DNA from: Kiritimatiellia bacterium
GTDB lineage: Bacteria; Verrucomicrobiota; Kiritimatiellia; RFP12; UBA1067
Direction: 5' to 3'
Length of the DNA stretch: 64,000 nucleotides
Assembly (NCBI GenBank): GCA_050949565.1
Contig: JBMNFY010000015.1
Location: 68,722 to 132,721 of the forward strand
The position numbers and the translations under genes are program-made. The notes below the pieces were generated by a model that worked only from the letters and a program-made list of their open reading frames with translations, was not told the origin of the DNA and made no database searches. Shown here one piece after another: positions 58,169 through 64,000 of the stretch; the first letter of the stretch is position 1; the number at the start of each line of letters is the position of its first letter.

Positions 58169-61100
58169 ATGTTCCTGGCCAATGCCTCCACCAAACGCCC
58201 CGTCGCTGTGAGTTGTATGCTCATCGCGCTGATCGCGCTGGGATTAAACACCTGGCGCAAACTCTCCCTCGAGTTCCTGCCGAGCGTGGATATTCCCTAT
58301 ATCACGATCCAGACCACCTGGCTCGGCGCATCGCCCGAGGACATGGAAAAAGACGTGGCGAAACACATCGAGGACGCGGTATCGGGCTTGGACGGCCTGA
58401 AGCATGTCTTCTCCTCCTGCCAAGAAAACATCAGTCTGGTGGTGCTCCAGTTTGAAATGGGCGTGGACGTCAACGTCGCCGCTGACGACGTACGGGAAAA
58501 ACTGGACGCTGTTTTGCCCGACCTGCCGGAGACCGCCGACCGTCCGATCATTGAAAAGGTGGACATCAATGCGGTTCCCGTGGCCAGCATGTTCCTGACC
58601 GGAGACATCCCAGTTGACGAACTCTATGACTACGCCGACAACACGCTGGATGACCGTTTTTCCACCGTGCGCGGCGTGGAGAAGATCGAACTCACCGGCG
58701 GCAACGAGCGCGAAGTCTGGGTGGAACTGGATCGCGATAAGGTCGTCGCTGCCGGCCTGACCAGTTGGGATATCGTCACTGCGTTGCGCAACAGCATCGT
58801 CAACGTGCCCGGTGGACGTATCCGCGAGGCGGGCAGCGAGTACAACGTACGGTTTTACGCGGAATATGACACGGTTGAGGAGATTGAGACGCTGGAGGTT
58901 GCCACGCGCGATGGCCGACGCCGCACCCTCAAGGATCTAGGTTCCGTGCGGGTCGCGCCGGAAGAGGTGCGGGAGCGCGCGTTTCTGGACGGGCGCCAAG
59001 GTGTCGCGATGCGCGTAGTCAAAAAATCAGAGGGCAACACCGTTACCGTGGTCAAAGAGTCCCGCAAGCGTTACGAAGAGGTGATCAAAACCTTGCCGCC
59101 GGGCATGGAGTTGATCTGGGTTGACGACGACGCGCGCAACGTGCAGGCCTCGGTGGATGCGACGATCGAAGACATCCTCTCCGGCATCCTGCTGTGCGCG
59201 GCGATCTTATTCCTTTTCCTCGTCAACATCCGAGCCACGTTTGTAATCGCGCTGACCATGCCGGTCACTATCATCATTTCGCTTTTCTTTATGGGACTGG
59301 CCGGATACACGCTCAACCAGTCCACCTTGCTGGCCATCGGGCTCTCGGTCGGCATCTTGGTCTCGAACTCCATCGTGGTGCTCGAGAACGTCGTCAAACG
59401 CTTTGATGACATACCCGACCGTTGGGAAGCGGCGCGCGTCGGCACGTCGGAAGTCGCGGTGGCGGTGCTGGCATCGGCCGGCACGAACGTGGTCGTGATG
59501 TTGCCGATCACGATGATGACAAGTATGGTCGGTCGTTTCTTCGCGCCATTCGCCGGAACTACCCTGATCGTCAACGCTGCCTCCATCCTCGTCAGCTTCA
59601 CCCTCACCCCCATCCTCTGCGCCCTCATCATGCGGCCGGCCTCGCAACGCAAGCAGAACTGGGCGACACGCCTCGGCGGACGCTGGGTCGACTTCGTCCA
59701 ACGCTACGGACGTCTCCACGCCGTGCTGCTGAGGCGCGTGATCGAGCGCCGCTGGCTCGCCGCGCTGATCGTCTCTGGGCAGGCGTCCTCCTGCTTGTCG
59801 GCACCTGGAAAATCTGCGGCCAGCGCATCAGCATGGGCTTCGTCGAGAACAACGACTACGGCAAGATCTTCGTCCGCCTGGAGTTCCCGCCGTACTACGA
59901 TCTTGAGCACACCGTTGAGCGTGTCCACGAAATCGAAAAACTCTTTGAGCCGTTGCAAGAGCGGTTGCGCACTTTCTCGCTGGTCGGGCGTGCCGAGGCC
60001 CACAGCGGACAGGCCAATCAGGGCGTCTATCTGGCGATGATCATCCTGCTTTTCACTGACAAGACTGAACGCGACTGGACGATCTTCGATCGCGTGGAAG
60101 AAGTCCGTGGACTGCTGGCCCATGAAACCGATGTGATCGCCACAGCCGCTGTCCCCAGTGCCGCAACAGGCACCCAAAGCCTCCAGCTTGACATGGTGCT
60201 CAAGGGTGACGACTTGGACGTGCTCGACCGGACCGCCCTGCGCATCCAAGAACGGTTCCTCGCCCTTGACGGCGTGGGCATCATCGACACTAACGTGCGC
60301 GACCCCAAGCGCGAGGTCCGCGTCTTACCCAAACGCGCCGTCATGGCAGATATCGGCGTGACCCCTGAAATGCTCGCTTGGACAGTCCGCGCCAACGTCG
60401 AGGGTATTGAGGCCGCCGACTTCAAGCGGGGAGACCGCACCTATGACATCCGCGTCAAATTCGACGAGATACCCGGACGCGAACAAGTCCGCGAGTTTCT
60501 GCTGCCTACGAAAGACGGACAGGCCGTCACCCTTGAAACCGTGGCGGAGGTACGCGACGCTCTGATGAAGGTCATGATCTACCGCCACGACAAACAACGC
60601 GCCGTCAAAATTGTCGGGGACATCACCCAAAACGCAAAACTCGGCGATGTCCGTAACCGTCTTATGCGGGCCGTCCGCGAAGAAAACTTGCTGCCGCCAG
60701 GTTATACGCTTGAGTTCTCGGGAATCAGCGAGGACATGGGCGAGGCCATCGCTGACTTTTCGGAAGCGATCCTGCTCGCCACCTTCTTGACCCTGCTGAC
60801 TCTGGCCGCCATGTTGGAATCCTTCCGCCGCATGTTCCTTGTGCTCACCACGTTACCGATGGGACTCATCGGTGTCATGTGGGCCTTGGACCTGACCGGT
60901 TCGTCGGCCTCCATCTTTGTGCAATTGGGTGTCGTGATGCTGATCGGTGTGGTGGTCAACCCCGCGATTCTGATCGCCGACAAACTAGGGCAGAATCTGG
61001 CTGCGGGCATGGTGCCGCACCGCGCCTTGCGCAACGCCATGTCCGAAGAGTTCCGCGCCGTGCTCATGGTGATTCTGGCCTCCGGCATCGGCATGATCCC

Positions 61101-61260
61101 GCTGGCGACCGGCACTGGGATCGGTTCCGAAAACCGTGTGGGGATCGGCGTCGCCTCGGTCGGCGGCATCTTCATGGCGGGTATTTTGACCCTGACCCTC
61201 CTCCCTGTGACCTACGCGCTGTTCACCGGCTGGCGGCGCAAGTGGAAAAACATGCAGTGA
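58169..61260 (+). CDS. RND (AcrB-like) permease, frameshift near 59780
   Basis: KRPVAV; GASPEDME; SIVVLEN; second half continues in ORF 59422-61260. Confidence 0.9.
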
Positions 61261-61294
61261 TTCTTTCAACACCCCCCCACCACGGAGGTTCAAC

Positions 61295-61775
61295 ATGCAC
61301 AACGAAATGAAGGACGAAACAGTCATCCAGTTGGCTGGTGAGATGAAGGAGGTTTTTCATAAACTTGCCCGTCAGGTGAACCTCTTTCTCCTCAAATGGG
61401 GCGTTCCCCTCAACACGTATATGTTGCTGGATTATCTCGACTGCCACCGCGAACATGCCGAGGCGGCCGAAGCGGCTGACGAGCTGACGATTCCCCGCCA
61501 AACCGTGACCGCCCTGCTCGACGGCCTTGAAAAGCAGGGGCTGGTCACCCGCCTGCCGCATCCGCAGGACCGCCGCCGCAAGATCATCCGCCTCACGCGC
61601 AGAGGGCTCGACAAGGTAAAACGCTTGAAAACTGAGGTTCATGCCCTAGAAACCAGCGCTCTCAGAAGCCGTCGGTGAAACCGACCTGCGGCACCTCATC
61701 CGCATCATGCATACGCATGCGGAGGCGCTCCAACAGGCCTGCGACAACTACACCGGGCCGATCACGCCGCTTTAG
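61295..61775 (+). CDS. MarR-family regulator (C-terminal frameshift)
   Basis: TVTALLDGLEKQGLVTRLPHPQDRRRKIIRLT. Confidence 0.85.
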
Positions 61776-62398
61776 TGCCTTACGGCTCGACAAGCGCAAT
61801 GAAAAACAAATTGTTTCCTCACACGAAGGCACAGCCGCGCTATGCGCGGGGTTGTCATTTAGGATTTAGGAGTTTTTCTAACGCAGAGGCGCAGAGACGC
61901 AAGAGGTTTTTTTGGAGCACTACTCGGTTTTTTTTATCCACAGATGGGCACAGATTACGCAGATTATTTTTGGGGCAGGGCTGGCCGCGAGTCGCGAGTA
62001 AAAGCACTGCTCGGTTGTTTCACGCGAAGGCGCGAAGACACGAAGGTTGGAGGGCGAGTGTCCCCCACGAGCCGCCTTCCGCTACGCGGAAGGATGGGAG
62101 GGACGAGCGTCGCTCGTCCGCGGGCAAGCAGACGCTTGCCCCTCCCTGTGCTTAGCAAGCCCGATGGCAAGTGTTGGAGGGCAGCGTCTGGGTGGCGCGC
62201 AAAGACGGGAAACTTTGTGGCCTTCGTGGCCTTTGTGTGAGATCGAATTGGGTTTGCGGGCTTCGCCCGCGTTAGACAATCGAGCGATAAATATCGGTTC
62301 TTTCTTGACCACTCTCCCGCTCCTTCTTTATTGTTATCTGCATGCAATGGGGCATGCTCTTTGCACAACCCACGCTCGGACAGTTTTAAGGTGATGTT

Positions 62399-62993
62399 AT
62401 GACACAAGACTTGCAACAACTTCTCGAAAAAATCCAGCGCGACGGCGTCGGCAAAGCTCAGGCCGAGGCCGATGCCCTGCTCGCCGACGCAAAGGCCAAG
62501 GCTGAGTCGGTCCTAAACGCCGCCCAGACTGAGGCCATGAAGATCACGGCCGATGCGCGTCAAGAGGCTGAAAACTTCGGGCACCGCGCCGAAGAGACCA
62601 TACAGCAGGCCGCGCGCGATACCGTGATGAAGGTCGAAAAGGCCATCACGAGTCTTTTGCACCGGCTCTTGATTAAAAAACATCAACGCCAGCTTTGACG
62701 CGGATCCCGGACTGGTCGCCGAACTGGCCGCCGAAGCCGTACGCGCCCACTTGAACGGCAAGGACGGGATCGAGGTGGCCGCCGCCGCCAAATTGACCGA
62801 CGCGCTACGCGCGAAGCTCGCCGCAGAGGCTGCGGACAGCGGCGTCACGATCGTGACCGATGACGCGACCGGCAGCGGCTTCCGCCTGCGTCTCGACAAT
62901 GGGCATGTGGAACACACCTTCACCGGCGATGCGATCGCCGAGGCTCTCGCCAAACAGCTCCGCCCGCGTCTGGCCGCCCTGATGAAACCATGA
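62399..62993 (+). CDS. ntpE: V-type ATP synthase subunit E (frameshift near 62675)
   Basis: LQQLLEKIQRDGV; GFRLRLD...FTGDAIAEAL...LRPRL; operon context. Confidence 0.8.
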
Positions 62994-63527
62994 GTGTCAT
63001 CTACCTACTTTCCAGCCTGCCCACGTTGCAGCTTGATGCGCCGGCACCGATCACGACCGAGGCGTTCGTGGCGGCTTGCCGTGATCAGCTCAGTGCCGCC
63101 GACGCGGCTGCGGCCGAGGCCCTGCTCACCGATGCCGCATGTGACCATCCCTTTGTCACCACTTGGCGCGACCGCGACACGATCCTGCGCAATGCCGCCG
63201 CCTACCAGCGCGCGCGTCTGGCCGGTACCGACGCTTCCCGCTGGTTGCGTCCCGAGCAGGGATGTGATACACGCATTGGCAACTTGGTTGAAGATGCTTT
63301 TGACGAGAAGGACCCGCTGCAGCGCGAAAAGGCGCTTGACAGAATCCGCTGGCTGGTCGCCGAAGAGTTGCAAGTCAGGTCCGGACCCGCTCAATGTGAA
63401 GAACGTCTTTGCCTATGCCATCAAACTCGCGATTGTCGCCCGCTGGACAGCTCGGACACCCGAACAAGGCCAGGCCGCCTTTGACTGCCTCACTGAAACT
63501 CCCCTCACGCTTAACACGGACGAATGA
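62990..63527 (+). CDS. DUF2764-like V-ATPase-associated protein (frameshift near 63375)
   Basis: YLLSSLPTL; LRNA; PLQREKALD; FAYAIKLAIVARW. Confidence 0.7.
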
Positions 63528-63554
63528 CCCCCGCCCAATTACGGAAACACACTT

Positions 63555-64000
63555 ATGGAAACCACAGGAAAAATCGTCGGCGTCAACGGTAACATGATCA
63601 CCGTCGCATTCGACGGCGCAGTCGCGCAGAACGAAGTCGGGGTTCGCGCAGGTGCGCCAAGAAGACGGCACGGAACAACGCCTGATGAGCGAAATCGTCC
63701 GCATCCGCGGTCACATGGCGGACATGCAGGTCTTCGAGGATACGCGCGACCTGCAGGTCGATGACACTGTAACGTTCACCGGCCACCTGCTCTCCGCCGA
63801 ACTGGCTCCGGGACTGCTCACGCAGATCTACGACGGCCTGCAGAACCCCCTGCCCCGGCTCGCTGAGCAATGCGGCTTTTTCTTGCAGCGCGGCACCTAC
63901 CTCAAGGCCATCGACCGCGAGGCGAAATGGGAGTTCACGCCGGTCGCCAAACCCGGTGCCCGCGTGACGGGCGGGCGAGACGTTGGGCACCGTGCCCGAA
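63555..64000 (+). CDS. ntpA: V-type ATP synthase subunit A, 5' part (frameshift near 63642)
   Basis: GKIVGVNGNMI...QNEV; LMSEIVRI...MQVFEDT...LSAELAPGLLTQIYDGLQNPL. Confidence 0.9.

Overview
GC-rich bacterial chromosomal window. The V-type ATPase and the style of the secreted proteins suggest a PVC-group (Kiritimatiellae/Lentisphaerae-like) host, which is inference only. Left (1-8552): pdxB, a fused siroheme decarboxylase, a PIG-L deacetylase, and GH127- and GH2-like glycoside hydrolases. Centre (8830-53781): a cassette array with one full-length secreted HExxHxxGxxD metallopeptidase, then alternating membrane-anchored partner genes and orphan peptidase C-terminal modules that start at a conserved VELYFV motif. 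This resembles a polymorphic effector/immunity or cassette-variation system that I do not recognise as described. The second partner gene is split by an IS4-family element (11730-13171, 8-bp TSD) and by a ~38.4-kb Mu-like transposable prophage (13401-51846, (C)GACCG TSD, ends not TG..CA). The prophage has an inverted early region and an ISKra4-like element inserted at the start codon of its cro/ner-like gene. It also has a degenerate MuB paralog, six 23-25-bp palindromes, a GpA-type terminase, a block of signal-peptide proteins with an exosortase-like gene, and a MuF-nuclease-like fusion. Right (53940-64000): an Mpv17-like protein, intergenic repeat mosaics, a TolC/MFP/RND efflux operon with MarR, and the start of a V-type ATPase operon. 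Frameshifts are frequent even in housekeeping genes, so many are probably sequencing errors. All family calls come from motif recognition by eye, not database searches.
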